From contig NW_024704743.1 of assembly GCF_018977255.1 (NCBI RefSeq), forward strand, positions 72,976,001 to 73,040,000: a stretch of 64,000 nt of DNA, read 5' to 3'. This DNA is from Callorhinchus milii. Lineage: Eukaryota. A program made the position numbers and the translations under genes. Positions 45,517 through 58,662 of the stretch are shown here, one piece after another (the stretch's first letter is position 1; each line of letters opens with the position of its first letter). The notes beneath the pieces were generated by a model, which saw nothing but the letters and a program-made list of their open reading frames with translations, had not been told where the DNA came from and searched no databases.

Positions 45517-46060
45517 GGTCAGCCAGGTGTCTGACACATGAGGAAACCCATCACCATGCTTAAGAGTATCCAACTCAAACTGAGATTTCCATGTATCGCA
45601 CCCACACATGGAAATTCCAGAGATATTTGTTGGAATTGAATGTGCTCTCTCTCCCTGGAGGGACACATCTGCTTACCTAATACCAGCAAGTATTATGTGC
45701 ACGAGGCAAGCTGGAGTCTAACCAGCTAAAACTGCATATAGCTTCCCATTGAGAGCACCGTCTGGCAAACTTTCCTGTTGCTTGTCCAGCTAGGACAACC
45801 CTACTCATTAGGGTTTCGGCTTGCAGGTTTAATAGGAGCTGAGTGGGAAGAGTCCCTGCCCCAGTGACTGGTCTGTCCTTCCAAGTCCTGCTGATGAGCC
45901 AGGTTATCTGTGAGCCTGTGCTGTTATCCGCAGTGCCCTAGAAGACTGCGGACCCGCCTGGCTCGGGAACTGGGCTACTGAGATAATCACAAAGCAATGG
46001 CTTGATTCTGACATTCCATTGCCAGGTATGTTACCATGGAGCCAGTTCAAAGGAGATCCC
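45517..46060. repeat. Unclassified interspersed repeat, longest copy
   Basis: Shares blocks with about 1-260, 23332-23440, 35400-35720 (inverted), 37965-38640, 47220-47312 (inverted) and 63539-63730. Confidence 0.75.
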
Positions 46061-46269
46061 GTTCTCTCCCCCACCCCTCACCCTGGGAGGATAGGCACTG
46101 ACATGCACCTCCGCTGCATCCCCAAAGCGCTGGACACCCAAGATTTGCACCCAAGCTGGGGTTTGGATTTAATAATAAAATAATCCTTGTATTTGATACA
46201 GCGCCTTATCACATCTTCGAGATGTTTCAAAGTGCTTCACAGAATATACTGTAAAGTGAATTGACTTTA

Positions 46270-46830
46270 TATTTGCGAGGGATTTGGGAGGAATGGGGGC
46301 CAAGGGGGTGTGAAGATGACTTGACAAACCTTGAAGGAAGTGAGGGAAGAGAAGTGGCAAAGGAATTCCAAGTTGGAGTTCTGGAGACTGGGGGCAGTAA
46401 AGCTGACTGCCGATAGTGAGGTGGGGAGGGTGGGGGATGTGAAGCAGCTTCCCGAGTGGAGGGAATAGGCGAGTTGATAAGGTTTTAGAAGGTCACAGAT
46501 GTAGTATGGTGCAAGACCACGGAGGGCTTTTAAAGTGAAGTCAAGAATCTTGAACTCAATTCTCTGCGGTTGGAGAGCCAGTGGAACTGGGAAAGGAAGG
46601 GGTGATAGGCTTGCAGAGCCTGGTGCAGGAGAGGACACAAGCTGCAGAGTTCTGAATAATCTCCAACTTGTGGAGGCAAGAGTTAGGAAGTTTGGTCAGC
46701 AAAAGAGTAAGCATAGTCAAGCTTGGGCATGATAAAAGCATTTATAAGAGTGTTTGAGGAGGGCAGCTCGAGGGAAGAGGTAGGTGAGGCAATACTGTGG
46801 AGGTGGGGAAAAGCTGAACGGGTCAAGACA
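46270..46830 (-). mobile_element. Degenerate L2 fragment
   Basis: [19 protein letters not shown]. Confidence 0.8.
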
Positions 46831-48574
46831 TGTAATGAAGCCATATGTTTTACACATACACAGAATCTCATTGTGTTCTTGAGTATCTGTACCAATTGTT
46901 GATTCGTATTGCTATTTGTGGGTTCTGGTGGCCACCAGCTTTTGCTTGGACACTATCCCTCAGAAGCTTCAATACTAGCTAAGACTAAATGCAGGTTGAG
47001 CTTGTGGTTTATAAGACCTAAGACTTCTAAGACTGTCCAAACAGTTCTCCTTCATAATTCTGGGCATGCAGTGGAAAGGTTTACTTCAGTCCATTTCTGA
47101 AGTCCTGAACCAGGCAGACTCCAAGACACTGCTGGTGTCAGAACAGCCAGCCTGGTTCATTGATAGGACTTGGCGGGTCAGATCAGTCACTGACACAGGC
47201 ATACTTGCATCTGAGGTGGCATTCCTATGTGGAACTCTCAGTCTGGTTTGGATATTGTTAAGCATGGTGGTGGGTTTCCGCTTGTGTCAGACACCCAGTT
47301 GACTGAAAAAAAAGACTCTCAAAAGAGCCTACAGATGTCAGGTACTGGCTACTTTTTGTTCCAGTGGAGGCTTGCTTTCCACTACAGGCAATCAGGTAAC
47401 AGTTAGGATACAATGCAAGACAGCATTGTATTTTAATATCTACTGGTAATCTCATATTCATAGGGTCACAATACGATCAAAAGAACATTTTAGCTTAGAA
47501 AATGTGAACTACAGACCAATTCTACAATTGTGCTACAAACAAAGAAAACTCTGGCTTTCCAGTATTCACAGTGGTGCTTGGCAACAAGAAATATTATTTT
47601 TATGCAGTCTTTAGTTGAAAGCGAATTGTAGGCGTTCAAAACAAGAAAATTGCAGAAACACTCGTTTTTAAAGGGCTTGAGATTCTGAAAGTTTTAGGGT
47701 GTTATTATGAAAGTTTATTTGAGGAGTACAATTGGATTCTATAGTGTTTATCCATCAGTACATTGGGTTCTTTGACAGACTCAGCTGTGAATAATATGAG
47801 TATTGTATTATACAATCTGCTGATCTGTGCCATAGTATCAACCTCCTGAAAGAATTGGTATCAGGCAGGGAACAAATAGACTTCCACTAAACTATAGATT
47901 TCTTGTTTTCTTGTCTGTGAAGTTAGAGCAGGATCTGCTGGGAGACTGTTAAGGAGAGACAGAATACTTAAAGACCAAAACTATGTGTAGTTACTCGTAA
48001 CGCCGTGATTAGAATATTGGGGTCTAATATGTGGCAATTTATAATCAAATTCCTTCATTGGAAAATGAGTGTTAGTATGCAAACAAACATAATTTAACAA
48101 ACATACTGATACATCATTTGCTTATCAAAAAGAGATGAGTGTTGCTACCAGCCACACTGGGACTCAATATGTAGCTGTTCAAACTGAAAATAGACTCTAT
48201 TTGTACATGAGACTTAAAGTTTGGTGTAAGGGCATGAATTGAAGCCCCAGGAATCGATATCAGATACAATGTAAGACAATGCAACAAAAACACAATTATA
48301 TTTACATAGCAACTTTCATGTTGGAAGGACTTCCCAAGGTGCTGGACAGTTAAGGGTTAGCACCTGAGCCGGGGATTGGAATCAAGAGGGATGGAGGGTA
48401 AGGGGGTAACATATAATTCATACAAAGTAAAGTACAAAGCAGGCTGTCAATCAAATATAAACCCCAGAGCATATTTTGTAATTAAGCCATGGAAAGGTGA
48501 AGCATGAATTAAGATAGAAATAGTCTGAATTTTCCAGAATGTGGGTTGTGAAGAGAATTGATTTCAGGATGAAA

Positions 48575-48802
48575 ATAATAATAATAATCCTTGTATTTGA
48601 TATAGTGTTTTTCACATCTTCCAGATGTCTCAAAGCACTTCACAGAATAGACTGTAAAGTGAATTGACTGTATATTTGTGGGCGAAATGCGGCAGCCAAT
48701 TGCGCACAGCAGTGTCCCACAAACAATCGTGGATTGAAATGACCAATTTATTATTGTTTTTTGTTGAGGGATTATTATCAGGCGTGTAGAGTAAGGAAAC
48801 TC
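48575..48802 (-). mobile_element. 5'-truncated tRNA-SINE
   Basis: Body and (TTA)n tail of the family; head missing. Confidence 0.8.
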
Positions 48803-49399
48803 TGCAGGATCATTGTCCTCACTTTCAAACTCCCCTCTCACCCTTGCCCCAGCCTATCACTGTGATCTTCTGCGATCCTATTGCTCCAGCCAAACTCTCC
48901 ACTCAGTAAACCCCAGCCTGCTTCATGTACCTCGACTAATCCCTCCCACCATTGGTGAGAAATCCTTTAGCTATCTGCTTTTTCTCTATGGAATCCATCT
49001 GCCTTGCTTCCCTCTCTCCTTGCCTTCAAAGCTTTCCTTGCAACCCATCACATCATACCACCGCCCCACCTCAACTCAGATGTTGTGTGAAATGCTTTGA
49101 GGATGTCCTCCTGACAGTGGAAGGCACTATAAATAACAACTACTTGCATTTATATAGCGCCTTTCATGCCGGATGGTGTCGAGGAACGCTTAAATAAATG
49201 TAAAGTGTCGTTATTTATTATTATAGTAATATAGCTGACTGCACTAATTTTTATTGCCTTCTTCTGCATGACAGAAAAGCATTTGTTTCCATTTTATCAG
49301 TGCTGATCAAGTTCTGGTCCAAGTGTAACACCGCATGTTAACATTGGATGTTACACAACAACAGCACACCTACAAACTCATTAACCTGTCTCAATAATT

Positions 49400-49880
49400 G
49401 GACAAAAATATGAAGCCAGTCATCAGAAAGAAAATGGAAGGTTACTTATATAAAAATCATCCAAAAAATGACAACTAATATGAATTAAAAAGAGTCTTAC
49501 TTGACCAACCTTAGCCTTTTTTTTTACCAAGGTGACATCCCGAATTGATTGTGTGAAGACATATAACTCAGTATAACTTGATTTTGAAAAGGTGTTTGAC
49601 AATGTAGTACGTGAGAAACTCCTTCACAAACTGATGTTGCTTGGTATCAAGGGGCAAGACAAAGATATGGATTCAAAATTTGTTGAAGGAAAGAAAGCAG
49701 AGAGCAATTGTGAGGATAGTTAGGTCAACATGGGGAGAGGTATTAAGAGAAGCTCCTAAGGAATCTGTTGCCCTTTGTGTTCTTGGTATACATTCATGAC
49801 TTGGTTTAACAAGTATAAGGTAGTTAAACTTGCAGGTGATACCATATTGGGCAGAACTGTGAAACTACTTGTAGAGTACA
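49400..49880 (+). mobile_element. Highly degenerate CR1 RT fragment
   Basis: Residual similarity (ttgaccaacct, cttgattttgaaaaggtgtttgac, aaacttgcaggtgatacc). Confidence 0.6.
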
Positions 49881-49887
49881 GGACTTG

Positions 49888-50237
49888 AGGAGTCCTGTAG
49901 TGTTTTGGTTAAAGCACTCGCCTCACAAACGAGAGGACCTGGGTTTGATTCCCAGGCAGGGTGAAATCTTTGGCATTTTTCCTTACTATACACCTTCTGT
50001 TTACCTAGGAGTAAGTAGGAACCCAGTTGTTAGTCGATCTCTTTATGGGGGTAATAATCCCTTAAAAAATATAATAATCCATTACTGTTTGTAGGACAGT
50101 GCTGTGCACAATTGGCTGCTGCATTTCATCCATAAAATATTCATTCAATTCACTTTACAGTATATTCTGTGAAGCACTTTGAGACATCTCAATGATGTGA
50201 TAAAGCGCTATATCAAATGTAAGGATTATTATTATAA
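49888..50237 (+). mobile_element. tRNA-derived SINE, long subfamily
   Basis: ggagtcctgtag head through the atcaaatgtaaggattattatt tail. Confidence 0.85.
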
Positions 50238-50739
50238 TCAGAGGAGGCAGCAAAGGTCTTAGAAAGAAAGCTACACGTGGTATGGCCTTGGCTAATGGCT
50301 GGCAAATACAAATAGATGCAAGGTACTCCATATGAGAAGTAAGAATAGGGGTACATGTACCCCATGGATGGGATAGAACTTGTCAAGGGGAAGTTGAAAC
50401 AGATCCAGAGGCTAATTGACTTATTGCTCACTATGTCAAAATAGTGGGAGAAAGCAAGGACAAATGGATTCTGGCCTTTATTACCACATTAGTTGAGTTC
50501 AGCTAATAATAATAATCATCCTTGCATTTGATATAGCGCCTTTTTACTTTCGAGACTTCTCAAAGTGCTTCAGACGTCTCAAAGCACCAATATTTAGAAA
50601 GTAGAAACCTGTTTGTTAATTGATTGGAGGATCACATTCTGGGGGTAATAATACCTTATTTTTTTTAAAAAAAACAATAATTTGGTCATTCAATCCACGA
50701 CTATGCATGGGACACTGCTGTGGATAATTGTCTATGGTG

Positions 50740-51120
50740 TTTTGACCTCTCTGACCTACTATCCCCCTACCTACCTGCCCGTACCCTCCGTTCCTCTGGC
50801 TCTGGTCTGCTCCACATCCCCCGCCCCAACCGCCCTACCATCGGTGGTCGGGCCTTTAGCCTCTCAGCCCCTAGGCTTTGGAACTCTATCCCCCAGTGCC
50901 TTCGCCGCCTCCTCCCTTTCCTCCTTCAAGGCCGGTCTCAAGACCTTTCTCTTTGACCGTGCCTTCAGCTCCCCTCTCGACTCTCTACCCCTCCTCGCTC
51001 CCTCCCTTCCCTCACCCTGACCATTTCTTCCCTGCTCGGGTCCTGACCCAACTGTGCAGCACCTTGGGACATCCTCCTGACGTGAAAGGCGCTCTATAAA
51101 TGGAATCTTGTTGTTGTTGT
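50740..51120 (+). mobile_element. L2 3' fragment inserted in a SINE
   Basis: FKAGLKTFLFDRAF and (TTG)n tail; SINE body on both sides (about 50640-50720 and 51121-51225). Confidence 0.82.
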
Positions 51121-51419
51121 TTTGCCCAACGATATACAATCAATTCACTTTACAGTATATTTTGTGAAGTGCTTTGAGACATCTCAATGATGTGATAAGG
51201 TGCGATATCAAATGCAGGATTATTATGTATTTCTTTACTCAGAGATTAATGCTTTGAACAGGTTACTAAAGGATGGTTGAGGCTAGGATGCTGGACTCAT
51301 TTGATAAACAGCTTGGTTGTTCTGGAAAGGTGAAATTAAATGAATGGACCATCTTCACTTGAACCTTTCTTGTCAACTTGTATTTCTGCAGTGTCTTTCA
51401 CATAAGGTAATATCTCAAT

Positions 51420-52972
51420 ACAATACAAAATTATATTTGTATAGTGCCTTTCACGTCAGGAGGACATCCCAAAGAGCTGGACAGTCAGAGGTTTGGACCC
51501 GAGCTGAGGGTCAGGATTAGGGCGTGTGGAGGATAAGAGGGTGGCCGAAGGCTCGGTCAAAGAGGAGGATCTTGAAATGTGCCTTGCAGGAGGCTAGGAA
51601 GGGAACGAGGTGAAAGGACTGTGGGATGGAGTTCCAAAGGGTGGGGATGGAGAGGCTGATGGCCTGACCGCCGATGGTGGGGTGGGCTAGGCGGGGAGAG
51701 TGGAACAGACTGGAGCCTGTTGAGCAAAGAGAAGTGGAGAGGTTGATGAAAAGTTAGTAGGTCACTGAGGAATGAGGGGGTAAGGCCATAGAATGCCTTG
51801 AAGGCAAGGATGAGAATTTTGAACTCTATCCTCCGAGGGATGGGAAGCCAGTGGAGCCAGGTGAGGGTGCAGGTGATGGGATCACGGAGCCTGGTGCGGG
51901 AGAGGACAGGAACTGCAGAGTTCTGGATCATCTGCAGCTTGTGGAGGGAAGAGTTGGGAAGGCTGACAAGCAGGGAGTTGGCATAGTCAAGTCTAGATGT
52001 GATGAATGCGTGAATGAGGGTTTTGGTGGTCTGAGGGGCGAGGCAGTGGCAGAGGAAGTGGGGGAAGGCAGAGCAGGTCATAGCATGGATATAGGATAGA
52101 AAGGACAGCTGTGGGTCAAACAAGATGCCAAGGTTCCGGACCGGCTCAGGGAGAGTGAGTGTGTATCCTTGGATGGTAATGCTGTCAGTGCCTGAGGTGT
52201 GGAAGTACAATTGGGAGCCAATCAGGAGGGCCTCAGTCTTGAGCGTTAGCTCTCATCCAGGACTTGATGTCTGACAGACATTCTGTCAGCGAAGTAAGAA
52301 CAACAACAACAACAAGATTACGTTTGTATAGCGCCTTTCACGTCGGGAGGACGTTCCAAGGCACTGGACAGAGTACAGCATTCAGATCCAATCTGGGGTC
52401 AGGGGGAGAGAGAAGAGGGGAAGGGGGGTGGCCGATGGCATGGTCGAAGAGAAGGATCTTGAGGCGGGACTTGAAGGAGGCTAAGGAGGGGGTGAGGCAG
52501 AGTGATTGGGGGATGGAATTCCAGAGGTTGGGGGCAGAGTGGCTGAAGGCTCTCCCGGGGCGGGTGGGTTGGGGGACGTGGAGCAGGCCGGAGCCGGCTG
52601 AGTGGAGGGAGCGGGTGGCTGGATAGGGGGTTAGGAGATCGCAGAGGTAGGGTGGGGCGAGGCCATGGAGGGCTTTGTAGGTGAGGACCAGGATCTTGAA
52701 CTGGATCCTCTGAAGGATAAGGAGCCAATGGAGTCGGGTGACAATGGGCAAGATGGGGTCACGGAGTTTGGTGCGGGAGAGGACACGGGCTGCAGAGTTC
52801 TGGATTATCTGCAGCCTGTGGAGGGAGGAGTTGGGAAGGCTGACAAGCAGGGCGTTTGCATAGTCGAGCCTGGAGGTGATGAAGGCATGAACAAGAGTTT
52901 CAGCATGGTCCTCGAATCGAGGGTGGAGGCAGAGAGACAGAGTTGGGTGTCATCCGCATACATGTGGAAGTT
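51420..52972 (-). mobile_element. Two adjacent L2 fragments (about 51420-52290 and 52300-52972)
   Basis: HAFITSRLDYANSLL, LHWLPI..RIEFKIL; the second copy is highly similar to 57580-58200. Confidence 0.9.
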
Positions 52973-53281
52973 ATAATAATAATCTTTGCATTTGATATAG
53001 CGCTTTCACGTCTTCTAGACGTCTCAAAGCGCTTCACAGAATATGCTGCAAAGTGAATTGACTATATTTGTGGGCGAAACGTGGCAGTCAATTGCGCACA
53101 ACAGTGTCCCACAAACAGTCGTGGATTGAAAATGACCATATGGTTATTGCTTTTTTATCTTGGGGGTTTATTATCAGGCGTGTAGAGTAAGGAAACTTGC
53201 CAAGGTTTCACCTTGCCGGGAATCAAACCCAGGTCTCTCGCTTGCAAGGCTAGTGCTCTAACCACTGAGCTACAGGACTCC
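52973..53281 (-). mobile_element. tRNA(Ala)-SINE inserted into an L2 fragment
   Basis: Flanked by GAAGTT at 52967-52972 and 53282-53287; L2 RT sequence resumes after it. Confidence 0.9.
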
Positions 53282-53404
53282 GAAGTTGACCTCATGTCTG
53301 CGGATGATGGTACCAATGCACTTTACAGAGATGGTACCAGACACTGGAGGGTAGGGTGACAGGGTCAATGAACAAAATACCATGATATATTTTATATAGA
53401 AAAT

Positions 53405-53514
53405 CCACTAGATGGCCCTGTATCCACAAAACTATTACTTTTCCCAATGAACAAAAAATCCATGTTGAACTATACCAGAGAAAGTTATATTTGTCACCTG
53501 ACACTAGATGGCAC
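53405..53514 (+). promoter_or_regulatory. Pair of same-orientation CTCF-like motifs
   Basis: CCACTAGATGGCCC at 53405-53418 and ACACTAGATGGCAC at 53501-53514. Confidence 0.5.
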
Positions 53515-54269
53515 TGTAACATGAACCTACATTTGATCTATTTTTTTCCTCCAATTTTCCCCCATTCCATTCCTCTCTTGAAGGCATTTATTCCTTTTTT
53601 CTTCTCCTGTGGAACAGCTTTACAGTTACTGGTCACCCACTCATAATGTGCTACATTATGTAATCATTATTCATGTGCGAGATCAGTTCACTCAGCACAG
53701 ATCAGGATTTGAACTTGCAAACCTCCTCCTCTGTAATGCTGTGCCTTTACTTAGTAGGTCATAACATGAGCTAATCCCTAATTAATTGGGGGGAAATAGT
53801 CCTAAGTATTGGTTATATTAAAGATACAGGTAAGATAGATAAATGGACATGTGAAACTACAGTCAGACTGCTCAAAAAACAATCTTAAGCCTTTTCTATA
53901 GCAACACACGTCATTCATAACAAACTTGTTTTCTTAATTTCTACTGTAATGCACGAACATGGTACGCATGCAATCAATGGCCAAGATAGTAATAACAATA
54001 ATCCTTACATTTGATGTAATCACATTGAAAAGTTTCAATGTGCTTCAGAGTTTTCTATAACATGTAGTGACCGTGTAATTGAAGGTGAACATGGCAGTCA
54101 ACGTGACAGAAACAGCTGTAACGTGACTGACCAATGCTTTCTGGGGATTGTTGGCTAGGATACCAGGAGAAGCACCCATCTGAATAAGTAGGCGGACCTT
54201 GGTTTATTGTCTCAACCAAATAATGGCACTTTGGACAATACAGCACATCCTCAGGACTGTTTAGTACGC

Positions 54270-54840
54270 CAACTCCCTGCTTGTCGGCCTTCCCAACTCT
54301 TCCCTCCACAAGCTGTAGATCATCCAGAATCCTGCAGCTCATATTCTCTCCTGCATCTGGCTCCGTGACCCCATCAGCCCCACCCTCACCTGGCTCCACT
54401 GGCTCCACATCCCCCAGAGGATAGAATTCAAAATCCTCGTCCTTGCCTTCAGAGCCCTCCACGGCCTTGCCCCCTCCCTACCTCTGTGACCTGCTAATGC
54501 TGTATCAACCTGTCTGTTTCCTCCGATCAGCAGGCTCCATGTTACCCACCCGACCCGCCCCACCATCGGCAGTTGGGCATTCAGCCTCTCTGCCACCACC
54601 ATTTAGAACTCCATCCCACAGTACCTTCATTTTGCTCCCTCCCTTGCCTCCTTCAAGGCACATCTCAAGACCCTCATCTTCAACTGCTCCTTCGGCCACC
54701 CCCCTACCCCTACCCTCCCTGCCCTCGACCCATCCTGATTCCAACCCCCTGCCCGGGTCCAAATTCCTGATTGTCCAGCATCTTGGGATATCCTCCCGAC
54801 GTGAAAGGCACTATACAAATTTAATTTGTTGTTGTTGTTT
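54270..54840 (+). mobile_element. L2 3' fragment inserted in a minus-strand Deu-domain SINE
   Basis: L2 body plus (TTG)n tail; SINE pieces at about 54050-54265 and 54845-54930. Confidence 0.8.
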
Positions 54841-55011
54841 TGGAATGTCAGCCTAGACTGTGAACTAAAGATCCCGACAAGGGGCTTAAACCGACAACCT
54901 TCTAAGTTACCAACTGAGCCAGACTGACACCTGCATTGAAGTTGTGACCTGTGTGATTCATGAAGCTTTATTGGTTTTCAGCCTGTTTCAACTTTATTGT
55001 TTTTCAGCATG

Positions 55012-55450
55012 TGTCAGCCTGGCATGGTGATAGCACTCTCGCCTGAGTCACAGGTTGTCACCTGCCTGACCGGCCCCACCATTGGCAGTCGGGCATTCAG
55101 CCCCACTTTGGGTCTTAAAATCGCATAAACTAAGCTGACTCTCCAATGCAGTGCTGGGGGTGTGTGATAAAGGTGCAATCTTTCAGATAAGAAGTTAAAC
55201 CGAGGTCCCAGCTGCCTGTTCAGGTGGACATTAAAAATCCCATGGAACTATTCGAAAAGAGAAGGGAGTTTCTCCAGTGTCCCGGCCAATAATGCCCCAA
55301 AATAAAATTAGTCACTCACTGCATCAATGTTTGTGGGATAATGCTGTACGCAACGGGCTGCCATATTTTGCTCACAAAATACAGTCAATCCATTTCATAG
55401 TGCTGTATATCCTGTGAAGCGCTTTGAAATGTCTTAATGATGTTAAAGGT
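55012..55450 (+). mobile_element. Deu-domain SINE (SacSINE1/AmnSINE1-like)
   Basis: tRNA-like head gtcagcctggc...agcactctcgcc, and a central block ...ttaaaccgaggtccc...tcaggtggacattaaaaatcccatgg...gtgtcccggccaat resembling the DeuSINE core (from recall; not aligned). Confidence 0.7.
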
Positions 55451-57571
55451 GCTATTCTCACCCGCACCAAACTTCGTACCCCGATTACCCCAGTCCTTGC
55501 CAAACTCCACTGGCTCCCTGTCACAGAGCGGATCGAATTCAGGATCCTCACAACAGTGTTTAAATCCTGAAACTTTGGAACTCCCTCCCTCAACCCCTTC
55601 GCCTTGTCCCCTCCATCCCCATCTTCAGGTCAAGCCTGGAGACCTTCCTTTTTGACCGCACCTACCGTCACCTTCCCCCTCCCCCTGGCTCGGCCTTGGG
55701 CTCCACCATTGTTAAGCGCTCCGAGACACCGCTCGGCGTGGAGGGCGCTATATAAGTGCAACTTGTTGTTGTTGTCAAATGCAAGCATTACTTTTTTTTG
55801 GTATCAATTCCTTGAAGAACAGAAGTGATACTATACAACTTCCTACAACAGCAGCAACTTGGATTTATATAGCGCCCTACACGTCGGACGGCATCTCAGA
55901 GTGCTTCACGCTTCATGCTTCTACGTTAAACTTACTGAATATATTCTGTTAAAGAACAGAATATAAACTAGTCTAATGTGATATTGAACAGATTACTCAA
56001 GAAGGAAACTGAGTCAAACCAATGTGATTCCCTCTGGGAACCAAAAATACATTACTCAAACTTATGAGAAATCTGTTCCAATCTGATGCACATCTAAGAC
56101 AGAGTTTCTCCATATTGGCCGGAATTTGTAACAGGATGTATGAGCAGATACTGGAGAAATTGGTCTTATTTTACAGGACCAGTGAAGATTAAGGACTGAC
56201 CTGATAGAAGTTTTGATTAGGAGGTTTTGATGAGTCAACAGGGAGAAACTATTCCCAATGGCCAGCAAGGGGAGATAGGAGGAATTTTCTTTTGTGCACA
56301 AAGAGTTGGTAGGATGTGGAATGCCCTGCCAGGTGCAGTGGTCATGGCAGAATCCATATTAGTTTTTAAGAGAGACCTAGATAGAATCTAAAACAAGTTA
56401 TTTAAAATGAAATACATTGATACAACATCTTTTATGCTGAGAGGATATCTAAAGGACTTCACAGGTTTTATTGTAAAGTGTAGTGATATTTTGTTGGCAA
56501 ATGTGGCAACCTAATTTTGTGCAAGGCAATGTACGACAAACAGCCGTGAAGTTTAAATTTTCATGGCTTTCATTTTAAGAGCTCCGAGACACCATCCGGC
56601 ATGAAGGGAACTGTAGAAATCCAAGTTATTGTTGTAAATTTGCAGGGGGAATAATAATAATAATAATCCTTGCATTTGATATAGCACCTTATCACTTCTT
56701 TGAAATGTCTCAAACCGCTTCACAGAATATACCGTAAATTGAATTGACTATATTTTGTGGCCTAAATAAAGTAGGTAAATGTGACAGAATGGATTGCTTT
56801 TTCAAACAGCCAGCACAGGCACAATGGACTAAATCGCTTGCGTGTATGCTGTAAATTTGAAGGATTCTAGTATTACTTATTAGGGAATTGTGTTAAATAC
56901 TGAAAATTGGACTCCTATAGATTGTAAATATTGTTAACAAAGAGTTTGTATCACACATGTCTTGTGTTATGAAGCTCCTTGAGATTACTTGCAGGTATCC
57001 AATACAGTGTTATAGCAGCCAATAATTGTGTTTCTATTTGAGTGATGTTTTGATGCTTTGAGCAATTTTAAAATATATTTGAATCTCATTTACAGTAAGA
57101 GACGGAGCCTGTATTTCTTCTGAAATCTGGACTCCTTTAAACATGCAAAGCTTTTGGTTGGAATCAAAGTCTCAGAGGTAGAACTCGCCCTGGGGTTAAT
57201 TTGCAGAGCCTCTCATTATATTGCAGGGTATCTCATCATAAGTTGGCAGTGAGTCTCACCTTCTGAAATATTCACTGCTTCAGTTTTCCCACCAGTGCTT
57301 CTTTCCACAATTCTCACCTCAAAGACTGTTGTGTTAAAATAAAAGAGATGTGGTAACTGAATATTCTAGGTTTTGTGCTGGAAACAGGGATTATCTACAG
57401 AGAATTTGTTTGCAGGAGATACAATGGGCAGGATGAATTCAACAACAATTTACGTTTAGACGGTGTCTCTCATGTCACTAGGATAGTTATAAGCAGCAGT
57501 AAGCGAAAGAGGGAAGGTGAATCCCAAGAAGTGGGCATCACTGTGCAAGATACTTTTCTGTGGCACTGCAA

Positions 57572-58662
57572 TACAACAACAAGATTACAAGATTACATTT
57601 GTATAGCGCCTTTCATGTCAGGAGGATGTCCCAAGGCACTGGAGAGTGTACAGCATTTCAGACCTGAGCTGGGGTCAGGGGGGGAGAAGAGAGGGGAAGG
57701 GAGGGAAAGGGGGATGGCTGATAGCATGGTTGAAGAGGAGGGTCTTGAGGCGGGACTTGAAGGAGGCTAAGGAGGAGGCGAGGCGGAGTGATTGGGGCAT
57801 GGAATTCCAGAAGTTGGGGCAGAGTGGCTGAAGGCAATTCCGCCAATGGGGGTGCAGCTGGGTCGGGGGACGTGGAGCAGGCCAGAGCCGGCTGAGCAGA
57901 GGGAGCGGGCGGGTTGGTAGGGGGTTAGGAGGTTGCAGAGGTAGGGTGGGGAGAGGCCATGGAGGGCTTTTTTAGGTGAGGACCAGGATCTTGAACTGGA
58001 TCCTCTGAAGGATAGGGAGCCAATGGAGTCAGGTGAGAATGGGGGAGATGGGGTCACAGAGTTTGGTGCGGGAGAGGACACGGGCTGCAGAGTTCTGGAT
58101 TATCTGCAGCCTGTGGAGGGAGGAGTTGGGAAGGCTGACAAGCAGGGCATTTGCATAGTCGAGCCTGGAGGTGATGAAGGCATGAACAAGAGTTTCAGTG
58201 GCCTGAGGGGTGAGGTAGTGGCGGAGTCGGTCGATGTTACGGAGGTGAGGGAAGGCAGAGCGGGTCATGGCTTGAATGTGGAGGAGAAGACAGTTGAGGG
58301 TCGAACAAGACACCGAGGTTCCTGACTGGCTGGTGAGTTGTAGTGTGAAACCATGGAGGTTGATGCTGCCAGAGCCTGAGGTGCTGAGGCGCTAGCGCGA
58401 GCCAATCAGGAGGGCCTCAGTCTTGTTCACATTCAACTGTAGGAAATTTGCCCTCATCCAGGACTTGATGTCCGACAGGCAGTCTGTCAGGACAGCAGTG
58501 GTCCTGGAGTTGAGGGTGGAGACAGAAATATAGAGTTGGGTGTCATCCGCATATATGTGGAAGTTGACCCCATGTCTGCGGATGATGTCACCAAGGGGTA
58601 GCATGTAGATATTAAAAAGGAGAGGGCCAAGGACAGAGCCCTGGGGGACCCCAGACGTGACA
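57572..58662 (-). mobile_element. L2-clade LINE 3' fragment with RT YADD motif
   Basis: [42 protein letters not shown]; tail gtgaaaggcgctatacaaat-like plus (TTG)n. Confidence 0.93.

Noticed and set aside
45885..45930. Hammerhead ribozyme core (CTGATGA) in the unclassified repeat
   Set aside because: No properly placed GAAA or stems, and the motif is not conserved in the sister copy near 38580.
51557..52210. 217-aa ORF as a host gene or active reverse transcriptase
   Set aside because: It is a truncated, frameshifted L2 ORF2 C-terminal fragment; no intact LINE is present in the window.
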